DNA of 56,953 nt from Verrucomicrobiota bacterium (GTDB taxonomy: Bacteria > Verrucomicrobiota > Verrucomicrobiia > Limisphaerales > Palsa-1400). Where the stretch lies: assembly GCA_049510745.1 (NCBI GenBank), contig JBEKYR010000034.1:1-56953 (forward strand), in the 5' to 3' direction. A model generated the notes under the pieces. That model was not told the DNA's origin. It did no database searches and saw only the letters and a program-made list of their open reading frames with translations. Below are positions 20,916 to 30,834 of this stretch, piece after piece. Position 1 is the stretch's first letter; every line of letters starts with the position of its first letter. The position numbers and the translations under genes are program-made.

Positions 20916-21830
20916 CTAGTTTGTCTTCAACGCGAGAATAATACGGTCCGCGGCGTGATCGTCGGACGTGAGCCACTCCAGCCGCATTTGGCGGCGGAAC
21001 CAGGTCAGTTGGCGCTTGGCGAATTGGCGGGTGCGGATTTTCACCAGTTCAATCGTCTCGGCCAGGCCGCGCTCTCCTCGCAAATGCTCCACCACCTGCC
21101 GGTAGCCCAAGGCCTGCATCGCCGTCGGATTCTGCGCCAGACCCCGCGCCAGCAACGATTCCGTTTCCGCCACCAGCCCGCGCCGAAACATCTCGTCCAC
21201 CCGCTGATGGATGCGCTCGACCAACTCGCCCGCCGGACGGGTCAGTCCAATGACGCGCGGGCCTTGCGGCGGCGCATTGTTCCAGCGCGCGCGTTGCGCG
21301 GAAAAGGGGCGCCCGGTCAGCCGGATGACTTCCAGGGCGCGGATGACCCGGCGGGGATTCCGGCGGTCGATGGCCTGAAAGGCCGCGGGATCGGCGCGCT
21401 GCAATTCGTCCAGCAGTTCCGGCAGCGGGACGGCTTCCAGTTGCGCGCGGATGGCGGGGTCTTTCGGCGGCGCCTCTCCCAACCCTTCCAGATACGCCTT
21501 GAAATAAAGTCCCGTTCCGCCGCAGAAAATGGGCCGCCGCCCGCGCCCCTGAATTTCATGGACGGCGGCGGCGGCCAGGCGGACGAATTGGGCGGCGTCG
21601 AAACTTTGGTCCAGGTCCGCCACGTCGATCAAATGATGGCGCGCGCGCTGCCGGTCGGCGGCGGTGGGTTTGGCCGTGCCGATGTCCAGGCCGCGATAAA
21701 CCTGCATGGAATCCACCGAGATGATTTCGCTGCCGAGCAGGCTGGCCAGCTCGAGGGCGACGGCGGATTTGCCGGCGGCAGTCGGGCCGGCCAGGAAGAG
21801 CGGCCGCGGCGGGGAATTGTCCTCAATCAT
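20916..21830 (-). CDS. miaA: tRNA dimethylallyltransferase
   Basis: GPTAAGKS, DSMQVYRGLDIGTAKP, GGTGLY, RRVIRALE, TRQFAKRQLTWFR. Confidence 0.97.
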   Translation of the reverse strand: MIEDNSPPRPLFLAGPTAAGKSAVALELASLLGSEIISVDSMQVYRGLDIGTAKPTAADRQRARHHLIDVADLDQSFDAAQFVRLAAAAVHEIQGRGRRPIFCGGTGLYFKAYLEGLGEAPPKDPAIRAQLEAVPLPELLDELQRADPAAFQAIDRRNPRRVIRALEVIRLTGRPFSAQRARWNNAPPQGPRVIGLTRPAGELVERIHQRVDEMFRRGLVAETESLLARGLAQNPTAMQALGYRQVVEHLRGERGLAETIELVKIRTRQFAKRQLTWFRRQMRLEWLTSDDHAADRIILALKTN

Positions 21831-22639
21831 TTGCGACTTTTTGGGAGGGCGGCCGTCCCGGTCGCAGCCGCCGGCGTCGCGCCGGCGGAAACCGGGAGTT
21901 TCCAGAGCAAGAGCGCGCCCGCCAGGATGATGCCTATGCTGGCCAATTGCGCCGGCGTCAGGCCGCCCCAGTAATGCGCGGGTGTGTAATCGCCGCGGAA
22001 CAACTCGACAAAAGAACGCAGCACGGCATAGCAGATCAGATAGACAGCGAAGACCTGGCCGTCAAATTTCTTGCGCCGGAAAAGCCACGCCAGGAACCCA
22101 TACAAAGCAAGATTCAAGAGCGAATCGTAAATCTCGGTCGGATGGACGTAATTGGGGAAAGTCTCGTGTCCCGGAGGAAACCGAATTCCCCACGGCAGCG
22201 TGGTGGGCCGGCCATAGCAACAGCCGTTCATCAGGCAGCCCCAGCGCCCGAAAAAACAGCCCAGCGCGATGCTCGGCGCCAGAATATCGGCCAGGCGCCA
22301 GAGCGGCAGTTTCTTGAGCCTGGCAAACAGGATGCAAGCCAGCGAGGCGCCGACCAGGCCGCCGTAATAAACCAGCCCGCCATGTTGCACCATGAAGATT
22401 TCCTTCAAGGGCAGGCCGGCGAACGATTCCTTCCAGTAAGAAACCACATAGAGCGTCCGCGCGCCGATAATGGCGCCCACCAACAGCCACGGGCCGAGGT
22501 CGAAGATGGTCTCGGGATGGATATTTTGGCGCAGGGCGCGGCGGCTGGCCGTCCACAGCCCGGCCATGAAGCCCGACGCCAAAAGAATCCCGTACCAAGT
22601 CACGGTGAAGGCCCCGAACTGAAACGCAATTTTATGCAC
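21827..22639 (-). CDS. lgt: Prolipoprotein diacylglyceryl transferase
   Basis: WYG, GAR..YV, GGLVYYGG, GRWGCLMNGCCYG, HPTEIY, R.FVE.FR. Confidence 0.95.
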   Translation of the reverse strand: MHKIAFQFGAFTVTWYGILLASGFMAGLWTASRRALRQNIHPETIFDLGPWLLVGAIIGARTLYVVSYWKESFAGLPLKEIFMVQHGGLVYYGGLVGASLACILFARLKKLPLWRLADILAPSIALGCFFGRWGCLMNGCCYGRPTTLPWGIRFPPGHETFPNYVHPTEIYDSLLNLALYGFLAWLFRRKKFDGQVFAVYLICYAVLRSFVELFRGDYTPAHYWGGLTPAQLASIGIILAGALLLWKLPVSAGATPAAATGTAALPKSRK

Positions 22640-22782
22640 TCCGGGGCAGCGTACGGGAAAAGCGGGGAAAGATCAAACCCGCCCATCCCGCCCGCCTCGA
22701 CCAACCAAACTTTTCGATGAATTGCCCTGTGGCCAAAGTTTCTCTTGAAGAAAGGGGTAACTCTGCCATGCTTGGTCCCCCG

Positions 22783-23799
22783 ATGAATCTCAAGAGATTA
22801 CTCCTGGTTCCCGGCCTGGCCCTGATGTTGGTTGGCCAAACACTCCACGCCCAGCAAAGCGAAGCTGACCGCAAGCAACTGGCCGATGTTCGCGCGAAGG
22901 CGGAAAAAGGCGACGCCAAAGCCCAGGAGGAATTGGGCGAGGCATTCGTCGATGGCAAGCTCGGTTTGGCGAAGGATCAAGTCGAGGCGGTGAAGTGGTT
23001 CCGCAAAGCCGCCGGGCAGGATGACGCCAAGGCTCAATGCCATCTGGGCATCTGCTACGGTCTAGGCTTGGGCGTGGAGAAGGATTACGCGGAGGCAGTG
23101 AAGCATTTTCGCAAAGCCGCCGGGCAGAATTTCGCCCAGGCTCAATTCATTCTCGGCATGTGCTATGACAATGGCCGGGGCGTGGCCAAGGATTCGGCGG
23201 AGGCGGTGAAGTGGTGGCGCAAAGCCGCCGAACAGAATTACGCCGAGGCTCAAAGCGATCTGGGCCTCTGCTACGCCGAGGGGCGAAGCGTGGCGAAGGA
23301 CGAAGTGGAAGCGGTGAAGTGGTATCGCAAAGCCGCCGGGCAGGATTTCCCTCCGGCCCAACACAATCTGGGCGCCTGTTACGCCGGGGGGCAAGGCGTG
23401 GCGAAGGACGAGGTGGAAGCGGTGAAGTGGTATCGCAAAGCCGCCGTGCAGAATTACCCTCCGGCCCAATACAGTCTGGGCGCCTGCTACGCTGAGGGGC
23501 AAGGCGTGGGGCGCGATATGGTGGAGGCGGTGAAGTGGCTTCGCAAAGCCGCCGAACAGAATTATGCCCAGGCTCAATTCAGTCTGGCTGTGCGCTACGC
23601 CAACGGCCAGGGCGTGGGCAAGGATGAGGCAGAGGCTTACAAGTGGGTCATTCTGGCGGAGGGACAAGGCAATGAGTATGCAAAGCAAAACAAGACCAAC
23701 CTGGAAGGCATGATGTCGCAGGAACAACTTGCGGAGGGGAAACGGCGCGCCAACGATTGGCTCGAACAGCACAAGAAAACATCTGCCGGCGGGCGGTAG
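22783..23799 (+). CDS. Secreted Sel1-like repeat protein (7 repeats)
   Basis: Signal peptide; 36-aa repeats AQ..LG.CY..G.GV.KD..EAVKW.RKAA.Q. Confidence 0.92.
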   Translation: MNLKRLLLVPGLALMLVGQTLHAQQSEADRKQLADVRAKAEKGDAKAQEELGEAFVDGKLGLAKDQVEAVKWFRKAAGQDDAKAQCHLGICYGLGLGVEKDYAEAVKHFRKAAGQNFAQAQFILGMCYDNGRGVAKDSAEAVKWWRKAAEQNYAEAQSDLGLCYAEGRSVAKDEVEAVKWYRKAAGQDFPPAQHNLGACYAGGQGVAKDEVEAVKWYRKAAVQNYPPAQYSLGACYAEGQGVGRDMVEAVKWLRKAAEQNYAQAQFSLAVRYANGQGVGKDEAEAYKWVILAEGQGNEYAKQNKTNLEGMMSQEQLAEGKRRANDWLEQHKKTSAGGR

Positions 23800-24330
23800 T
23801 ACCGGCACCGGCTGGAAACCGGTCCCTCCACCACGCCCCGGTTTCTTGCGCCGGTCGGGTTGGACGCATCCCCGTTTCTCCATAAGCCCTCGCCTCCATT
23901 ACGTTGGCTGTCGCCCTCAACCGTCGCGCCTGCCTGCATTTGGCTGCGCCGTCAAACCTCCCTTTTTTCCGATTTCAAATCACCTCGCGACCTCCCGAAT
24001 GCCAACACGCGAGCGCTTCCACCTTCGCCCGGCTACGGTGGGACAAGCCGCCCCGACAAGTGCCTGTCGTGTCGTCAATTGCTTGTCCGCCGTAGTTTTA
24101 ACGGCGGAAGTTTTGACGACGGCGGAAGCCTTGGCAGCGTTCTATGGCCCTTCCCTTGACGTTTGCGGCCCCGTTTGAAGCTGGCTTACTGATAAGGCCG
24201 CAGGATAGACGACGAAAAAGCAGCCGCGAAAAGGCAAAAGTTTGTTAAAAAAGCAAAACTTTCCGACACAGCACTGCGAAGTCGCAAGAACTTCTCAGCT
24301 TCCCGTGGCCCCTTTGCCCTGCTATCCAGA

Positions 24331-24441
24331 ATCATTCATTTTCAAGAAAGTTTCTTACCACGGATTTCGCGGATTTTCACGGATGGAAACCCCGTCGCTT
24401 CTCATCCGTGTCATCCGTGCCATCCGTGGTCGTATGCCTTT
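24331..24441. repeat. Hairpin element with 9-mer (CACGGATTT/ATCCGTG) tandem arms, copy 1
   Basis: ACCACGGAT TTCGCGGAT TTTCACGGAT, spacer, ATCCGTGTC ATCCGTGCC ATCCGTGGT. An inverted second copy lies at about 31076-31185. Confidence 0.85.
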
Positions 24442-24502
24442 GGTTGCGGCTGGCCGCGCTGTGATCTTTGTGCCCTCTCGTGGCAATTGCGCACCCTCAT
24501 AA

Positions 24503-24843
24503 ATTCACTAATTCGCTGACTCACTCATTCACTGATTCACTCATTCTTATACTCGCTTCCTTTTCCTTCCATAGGTTTTTCCTCTTGATAGACCCGTGCT
24601 TAAATTGAGCGAGCATGAACCAGGAATGCACAGTGAAGCGCGCGGAGGGCGGTCAACACCGGCCTGTGGATCGAGGTCCGCTCCAATCCAACCGGCCATT
24701 CGTCCCATACGTCCCTTTTGGTCCTTTTGGCCCTCATTCACTTCGCCTTTCCCCGACGGTGGATTGGCCCCGCGTTTCGTCTGATCCGGTCAGGATAAAT
24801 CAAACCAAATCAGACCAAATCAAACCAAATCAAACCAAAACAA
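24503..24843. repeat. Cluster of short tandem repeats with periods 8, 9 and 10
   Basis: ATTCACTN x5.5 (24503-24546); CGTCCCWTW/TGGTCCTTT-like 9-mers (24692-24736); AAATCARACC x4 (24797-24836). Confidence 0.8.
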
Positions 24844-25009
24844 CAGGGGGGGAGGGGGGGCCTTTTTTCATGCTGTTTCACTTAAGCCGCGGGTGAAAAT
24901 GTCCTCAAAAAACCAAAAAACGACGAATCCAACCCCTCAAACCGGACGGGAAAACCGAGCGAAAGGCATTGTCAGACGGTCAAATTCAGAGGAGCATGAG
25001 GACGGCTGA

Positions 25010-26491
25010 ATGAACGCTCTCGCGCGAATTTACAAACCGGGCCTGGTTGGCCTCGCCGCCATTCTCTTTTGCGTCTCGGCGCAAATGCAGAATTGGCTCA
25101 ATGTGGACCGCGCCAATCTGGGATTCACCCGGCTCACGCCCCTGGACAACGCGCCCCCAGTTCTGGCCTTCACCACGGTGGCGCTGGGGGGCTTTCGGGG
25201 CTTGATTGCCAACGCCCTCTGGATGCGCGCCAACGATTTGCAGGAGGAGGACAAATACTTCGAGATGGTGCAACTGGCCGATTGGATCACCAAGCTGGAA
25301 CCTCATTTCGTCGATGTCTGGCGCGTCCAGGCCTGGAACATGGCCTACAATATCTCCGTCAAGTTCAAAGACCCGGAAGACCGCTGGCATTGGGTCGAGC
25401 GCGGCGTGCAATTGCTGCGCGACGACGGCATCCGGCTCAATCCGGGCGAAACGCTCATCTACCGGGACCTCTCCTGGCTGTTCCAGCATAAAATCGGTCA
25501 AAACCTCGACGACGCCCACATGCGCTACAAACTGCGCTGGGCCCAGGAAATGCAGGACGTTCTGGGCGGACGGCCCAATTATGAGGCCCTGCTCCATCCG
25601 CAAACCGCCGCCGAGCGCGAACGGGCGCGCAAATTGCGGGAGGTCTATAAAATGGACCCGAAAATCATCCAGAGTGTCGATGAGCAATACGGCCCGCTGG
25701 ACTGGCGGCTGCCCGACGCGCACGCCATCTACTGGGCGGAAGTGGGGCGGCTCAACGCCAAGGCTTCCGACCAGGATACGCTCCGGCGCTCGATCTATCA
25801 AACCATGCAGCAGGCCTGCATGCGGGGCGGCGCGCTGGACTGGTCGGTCACCAACGTGACGGCGGACAATTTCATGCTCTGGCCGAACCTGGATTTGACG
25901 CCCAAGGTCAACGCCGCTTACGAAAAGATGATCCAGGAAGAGCCGAGCATCAAGCAGAACATGCAGACGGCGCACAAGAATTTCCTCAAGCAGGCCATTT
26001 ACCTGCTTTACGAAGACGACCGGGTGAAGCAGGCCGCTTACTGGTTCAATTACCTCAAGACCACCTACACCAACGCCTTTGTCGGACGGCAGGCCAACAT
26101 TTCGCTCGATGATTACGCCCTGGGCCAGATCGTGGAAGACAACGGCGAGACGGACATGAGCAAGGTTACCTCCAGCATCCTGGGAATGTTCCACCGGGCG
26201 TTTCTGGCGATGGTGATGGACGACGAGGACCGGGCCGTGAATTACCAGAACCTGGCGCGGCAAATCTGGAACCATTACCACCAAAACATCGGCGACGCTT
26301 CCAAGGAACGGCTTTCATTGAAGCCGCTGGCGGAGATGCGCCAGTTTGTGCTCGACCGCGAGTTGGACCCGGTCAACGGCTGGCTGTCGCCGCGCGCCCA
26401 GGCCATCCTTCGAACCAAGCTCAATTTGCCGGCGCCAAAACCGCCCTCCGCCCCACCCGCCGCCCCGGAGAGCGCCTCCGCCCAACCGTAG
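25010..26491 (+). CDS. Conserved hypothetical membrane-anchored helical protein
   Basis: Long ORF with coding-like codon use, N-terminal hydrophobic segments, motif ALGGFRGLIANALWMRA...WITKLEPHF..VW..QAWNMAYNISV and a Pro-rich tail. Confidence 0.8.
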   Translation: MNALARIYKPGLVGLAAILFCVSAQMQNWLNVDRANLGFTRLTPLDNAPPVLAFTTVALGGFRGLIANALWMRANDLQEEDKYFEMVQLADWITKLEPHFVDVWRVQAWNMAYNISVKFKDPEDRWHWVERGVQLLRDDGIRLNPGETLIYRDLSWLFQHKIGQNLDDAHMRYKLRWAQEMQDVLGGRPNYEALLHPQTAAERERARKLREVYKMDPKIIQSVDEQYGPLDWRLPDAHAIYWAEVGRLNAKASDQDTLRRSIYQTMQQACMRGGALDWSVTNVTADNFMLWPNLDLTPKVNAAYEKMIQEEPSIKQNMQTAHKNFLKQAIYLLYEDDRVKQAAYWFNYLKTTYTNAFVGRQANISLDDYALGQIVEDNGETDMSKVTSSILGMFHRAFLAMVMDDEDRAVNYQNLARQIWNHYHQNIGDASKERLSLKPLAEMRQFVLDRELDPVNGWLSPRAQAILRTKLNLPAPKPPSAPPAAPESASAQP

Positions 26492-26507
26492 CGTCCAATT
26501 GGAAAGC

Positions 26508-26918
26508 TCAGCCGACGCGGAAAGAGATGCGGACAATCAGGTCGCGTCCAAAGCTGTTCTGCAGGCGTTCGAGAATCTCGCGGCGGCGGTAGCGCACGAT
26601 TTCATCCAGCCAGACGCTGCTGTCCACGGTGACAAAGAGGGTGCCGTGGCGCAGGCCGGTGGGATGGGCGTGGGCGGTGATGTTGGGATCGAGCTGGTTG
26701 TTCCAGACTTTGAGGATTTCAGTTTCCGCTTGGCGTCGGTCAAAGCGCAAGCCGGCCAGGACCTTGGGCATGATTTCGCCGGCGGACGTGGCGGACGGCC
26801 GGCGGGATTTCTCCTCGGCGGCCCAATCCCACCGCCGCCATTGGGCCAGGGCGCGCTGGCGGGCGGAGCGGGGCGGTTGCACCGGGCGAAAGTCGCGGAA
26901 AGGAAACGGGCGCTCCAT
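26508..26918 (-). CDS. DUF721/DciA-like protein
   Basis: W..(L/I)...I..HAHP..LR.GTL.V.VDSSVWL.E(I/L) pattern. Confidence 0.8.
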   Translation of the reverse strand: MERPFPFRDFRPVQPPRSARQRALAQWRRWDWAAEEKSRRPSATSAGEIMPKVLAGLRFDRRQAETEILKVWNNQLDPNITAHAHPTGLRHGTLFVTVDSSVWLDEIVRYRRREILERLQNSFGRDLIVRISFRVG

Positions 26919-26942
26919 GGTGGGGGCCAATTATGCCGGCCG

Positions 26943-29042
26943 TCACGCCTGCTGCGCCACGATCGTGGTGTCTTCGGTGGTCACAGCCTTGTCGGCGCGA
27001 TGTTCGTCCAGAACCAGGACGCCATGGGACGGCAGGTCGTAATTGCCGCTGAAAGTGCGTTCGGTCAGGAAATCATGCATCGGCTTGAAAAAGGTGATGC
27101 GCACCGGGGTCGTCTGGTGGTTGAGCAAAAAGAAAATCTTCGTGTCGCCTTTTTGCCGCAGGCTGACTTCGATGGTATCGGGGACTTTGAGCAATTGGCG
27201 CAACAGGCAGGTGTTGCGCAGCCAGGTGACCAGGTCGTAATAAAACTCCTGTTGCGAAACGGTGCCGATGTAAATCGCCTTGCCCAGGCCGAAGGTCTGC
27301 AAGGTCATGGCGGGGTGTCCGGCGTAAAAGTCGCGGCCGAAAGTGGCCAGAATCTGGCAGCCGCGCGGTTCAATGATATCGCACCACAGCCTGGCCGCGT
27401 GCAGGTGGGTGGTGTGAAAGGCGCCTTTGAAGGCCAGATGATTCTCGTCCTGCGGCGGCAACGGATCGAATTCGACGACTTCCATTCCAAACAAATCCGT
27501 CAGGTTATTCGGAAAACCGGAGTCGGCGGCAATCTGATGTTCGTCCACCAGGCCGGTGTTGCAGGTGGCCACCAAGGTCCCGCCATTCTGCACGTAGAGC
27601 TTCAAGGCATCGGCCTCGCCCGCGGAGAGCAGGCTGAGCGAGGGCGCGATGACGAGCTTGTACTTGGACAAGTCCTCGGTGGGACGGGCAAAATCGGCGG
27701 TGATGTTCCGGTCGTGCAGCGCGGTGTAGAACAGTTGCACGTGTTCGCGCAGGGAAAAGTATTTGTTGGGCTGGCGGGGCAGGGCCAGGGTCCAATCGTT
27801 GTCATGCGTGTAGAGAATGCAAACTTCGGCCGCCACTTCGGTCCCTTCCAGGGCGGGTCCGAGGCGTTTGAGTTCCTGTCCAATCTGGCTGATTTCCCTG
27901 TAAATACGGTTCTCGCCCCGGCCGTCGTGGGTCAGGACGCCGCCATAGAACTTTTCCTGTCCAATCCTCGGCTGGCGCCAGAAGAAGTAGAGGATGCCAT
28001 TGGCGCCGCGCGAGATGGTCTGGTAGGTGAACAGGCGCACGACGCCGGGCCGCACCAGGGAATTGACGTCCTGCCAGTTGACGTGCCCGGCCTTCTGCTC
28101 GATGACCCAGAAGCCGCTCTCTCCGCCGGGCATTTTGATTCCGGTCTTCTTGACCGAGCGCAGCAAATCGACTTCGCAGGCGTTCTCGGAGGTTTTGGAT
28201 TTGATGGTGGCGTTGCTGTTGAGCGAGACGTAATCCAGGGCCTCGCCCACGTCGAATAAATCAACCTGCTGGCCAAAGGCGCGAATATTGGTGGTGACCG
28301 GGGCGTGGGGCGTCAATTCGCGCAGCAGGTCCGCTTGCATGCGGATAAAGGCGACAATGGTGTCGCTGCAAAACCGCCGCCAATCGAGCATCAAGGCCGG
28401 GTTATGCGGGGCCGGGGCCAGGCGGGGCATCGGCACATGGGACCAGTCTCGGACCGTTTGGCCCCAGAAGCGGCTGCCCATCAGGTCGTTGAGCCGGTCG
28501 ATGGTTTCGTATTTGGCCTTCAACCAGGCGTGCCAATCGCGGCGGGTCTCCTCGTTGAACGAGGGTTGCATGGAGTGGGCGCCGATGTTGTTGTCAATTT
28601 GCCAGGCGATCAACTGGGGATGCTTCCCCAAGGCCCCGGCCATGGCGCGGATGATCTTTTTGGAAAAATCCCAGTAGAGGTCGCTGTTCAGGCAGCAGGC
28701 GTGCCGGGTGCCTTCGCACAAGGGCAGTCCGCGCTCGTCCATCGGCAGGACCTCCGGGTACTTCTGTGTCAACCAGATGGGCGGGGCGGCCGTGGGAGTG
28801 GCCAGGACCACTTTGATGTCCTCATTGACCATCAAATCCATCACCCGCTTGAGCCAGGAAAAATCAAATTCGCCCTCGGCCGGTTCGCACAGGCCCCAGA
28901 CGAATTCGCCCATGCGGACGGTGTTCATCCCCGCCGCGACCATCAATTCGATGTCTTGCTTCCAGCGCGCCTCCGGTTGCTCGGAGGTGCCTGCATAGGG
29001 GTGGACCCAGTGTTCTGGATGATAATCGGCTCCGAAATACAT
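26943..29042 (-). CDS. GH42 beta-galactosidase-like protein (acid/base Glu replaced by Asn)
   Basis: FGADYHPEHW, RMGEF.W...EP.EG.FDF, LATPTAAPP.W, FWVIEQ nucleophile, EKFYGG, trimerisation domain; WQIDNN where the family has NE. Confidence 0.9.
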   Translation of the reverse strand: MYFGADYHPEHWVHPYAGTSEQPEARWKQDIELMVAAGMNTVRMGEFVWGLCEPAEGEFDFSWLKRVMDLMVNEDIKVVLATPTAAPPIWLTQKYPEVLPMDERGLPLCEGTRHACCLNSDLYWDFSKKIIRAMAGALGKHPQLIAWQIDNNIGAHSMQPSFNEETRRDWHAWLKAKYETIDRLNDLMGSRFWGQTVRDWSHVPMPRLAPAPHNPALMLDWRRFCSDTIVAFIRMQADLLRELTPHAPVTTNIRAFGQQVDLFDVGEALDYVSLNSNATIKSKTSENACEVDLLRSVKKTGIKMPGGESGFWVIEQKAGHVNWQDVNSLVRPGVVRLFTYQTISRGANGILYFFWRQPRIGQEKFYGGVLTHDGRGENRIYREISQIGQELKRLGPALEGTEVAAEVCILYTHDNDWTLALPRQPNKYFSLREHVQLFYTALHDRNITADFARPTEDLSKYKLVIAPSLSLLSAGEADALKLYVQNGGTLVATCNTGLVDEHQIAADSGFPNNLTDLFGMEVVEFDPLPPQDENHLAFKGAFHTTHLHAARLWCDIIEPRGCQILATFGRDFYAGHPAMTLQTFGLGKAIYIGTVSQQEFYYDLVTWLRNTCLLRQLLKVPDTIEVSLRQKGDTKIFFLLNHQTTPVRITFFKPMHDFLTERTFSGNYDLPSHGVLVLDEHRADKAVTTEDTTIVAQQA

Positions 29043-29386
29043 AACAACGTCGTGTTTGCCTTTAACGGCCCGCGCTTGATAGAACGTTAGACGGAATCCG
29101 CCCCGCTGGCAAGTAAAAGTGACAGGAACATGACGGGCAGCGCCGGCTCCGGAAGCCTTCGGAGAGCGCCGGACGACCCGCAGGGCCTCCCTGCCAAATC
29201 GGTCGGGACGCGGCGCTCCGCGTCCGGGCCAACCGCCGCAAGGAACGATTGAGTTTCCCTGCTACCCTGGCGCCGCAGGATTCGGCGGCGCAAAAATTCT
29301 TGTAGCGATTGGGCGTTTTGATACGTCTGATGAAGGGACGGAAGCGCGATCCCAGTTTGAAGTGCGAACCCAGTTTTGAGCTTGTT

Positions 29387-29764
29387 ATGGCCAGAAAAGA
29401 CGAATTCGATGCCAGCGCCGATCCCGAGTTTAACAATCCCTTCGCCGGATTGCAGATCGACGGCCTGCCGCTGGGGGCGGAGGCCGTGGCTGCGGCCCAG
29501 AACCGTCCGGCACAGCGCGCTTTGGGCCGCGTGGTGCTGCGGCGGGAAACCGCCCATCGTGGCGGGAAGACAGTGATTGTCATCCACGACTTTGCCCCGG
29601 GCATCAGCAATCAATCCATTGAGGAGCTGGGCCGCAAGCTGCGCCAGGCCTGTGGTTGCGGCGGCGCGATCAAACAACGCACCATTGAAATCCAAGGCAA
29701 CCACGTCGCCCGGCTGCGGGCCTTGCTGGAGGCGGAAGGTTTCCGCGTCGCGGGTGTCAAATAG
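29387..29764 (+). CDS. yciH: Translation initiation factor SUI1/YciH family
   Basis: RRETAHRGGKTV, LRQACGCGGAIK..TIEIQGNH. Confidence 0.88.
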   Translation: MARKDEFDASADPEFNNPFAGLQIDGLPLGAEAVAAAQNRPAQRALGRVVLRRETAHRGGKTVIVIHDFAPGISNQSIEELGRKLRQACGCGGAIKQRTIEIQGNHVARLRALLEAEGFRVAGVK

Positions 29765-29784
29765 GCGAAGACGCGCCTCGGCCG

Positions 29785-30834
29785 CTATTTCCCCAAATAA
29801 ATCAGGGCGATGTCTTTGGCCACCTTGGTGGCCACCCCCGTTTCGTCCGAATTGGTCAGGACAATGACCGCCAGGCCGTCCTTGGGAAAGCGCTGGATGC
29901 TGGCCGAAAAACCCGAGGTGGACCCGCTGTGGCCGATGTTTTCGTGGCCTTGCAGCGGGTCCAAAAACCAGCCGAAGCCATAAGGGTGCGTCCGGCCATT
30001 ACTGAGCCGGACGGGCGTCCACATCAACTGTTCGGTGGCGGGCGCGAGAAGTTTTTGCGCGTCGAGCGCCGCGTTCCACTTCGCCAGGTCGCCGACGGTC
30101 GAAACGATCTCGCCCGCCGAAAAAACATCGGTCAGGTCGTAGTCGCGATTGATGTATTGCCCGGCGCGATTGGTTTCATAACCGCTGGCGCGGCGGGGGA
30201 TGACCGAGCGCGGGTCGCGGTTGGTGGTGCTGGACATGCCCAGCGGGCCGAAAATCCGCTGGCGCATAAACGCCCAATAATTCCGGCCGCTGACATTTTC
30301 GATGACGTAACCGAGCAGGTTGAAGCCGCTGTTGCAATAGGACCATTTTTCGCCCGGCGGAAAGTCCAGCGGGTAGCCGCCGATTTTGCGGATGAATTGC
30401 GCTTGCGTCAGGCGCCGGGTCAATTCAAAGCCCTCCAGGGCGGTATAATTCTTGATGCCCGAAGTGTGCGTCAACAAGTGCCGCAGCGTGATGTTCGTCC
30501 AACTCTCCGGCGTGTCCTTGAGATGGCGGGAAATTTTGTCATCCACCGACAGCCTGCCCTCCTGCGCCAGCAGCAGGATGCCGGCGGCAGTGAATTGCTT
30601 GGTGATCGAGCCGATCTCGAAGACGGTGTCGGGCGTGACGGCCGTTTGCCATTCGAGATTGGCCAGGCCGTAGGCGCTGGTTTTGACCGGCTTGCCATTT
30701 TGAATGATTTCCAAGGCGAGGCCGGGGATGGGATGCCGCCGCATCTCGCGTTGCACCAAGTCATCGACCGCGTCCGCCCGGGCCGGCGGAACCGAGCAGA
30801 GGGCCATCAAAGCCGCCAGGAGCCATTGTTTCAT
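29785..30834 (-). CDS. Secreted beta-lactamase-like serine hydrolase (S12)
   Basis: Signal peptide; SITK (SxxK), LLTHTSG, YCN, GHSG motifs. Confidence 0.92.
   Translation of the reverse strand: MKQWLLAALMALCSVPPARADAVDDLVQREMRRHPIPGLALEIIQNGKPVKTSAYGLANLEWQTAVTPDTVFEIGSITKQFTAAGILLLAQEGRLSVDDKISRHLKDTPESWTNITLRHLLTHTSGIKNYTALEGFELTRRLTQAQFIRKIGGYPLDFPPGEKWSYCNSGFNLLGYVIENVSGRNYWAFMRQRIFGPLGMSSTTNRDPRSVIPRRASGYETNRAGQYINRDYDLTDVFSAGEIVSTVGDLAKWNAALDAQKLLAPATEQLMWTPVRLSNGRTHPYGFGWFLDPLQGHENIGHSGSTSGFSASIQRFPKDGLAVIVLTNSDETGVATKVAKDIALIYLGK

Noticed and set aside
22900..23660. 108-bp nucleotide repeats
   Set aside because: Fully explained by Sel1 protein repeats.
24331..24843. Possible CRISPR array in the repeat-rich interval
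   Set aside because: Units are 8-10 nt, degenerate and adjacent, with no unique 30-40 nt spacers and no cas genes.
29785..30834. Antibiotic-resistance beta-lactamase
   Set aside because: The motifs fit the broad S12 serine hydrolase family (HSG triad rather than KTG); there is no evidence for resistance.
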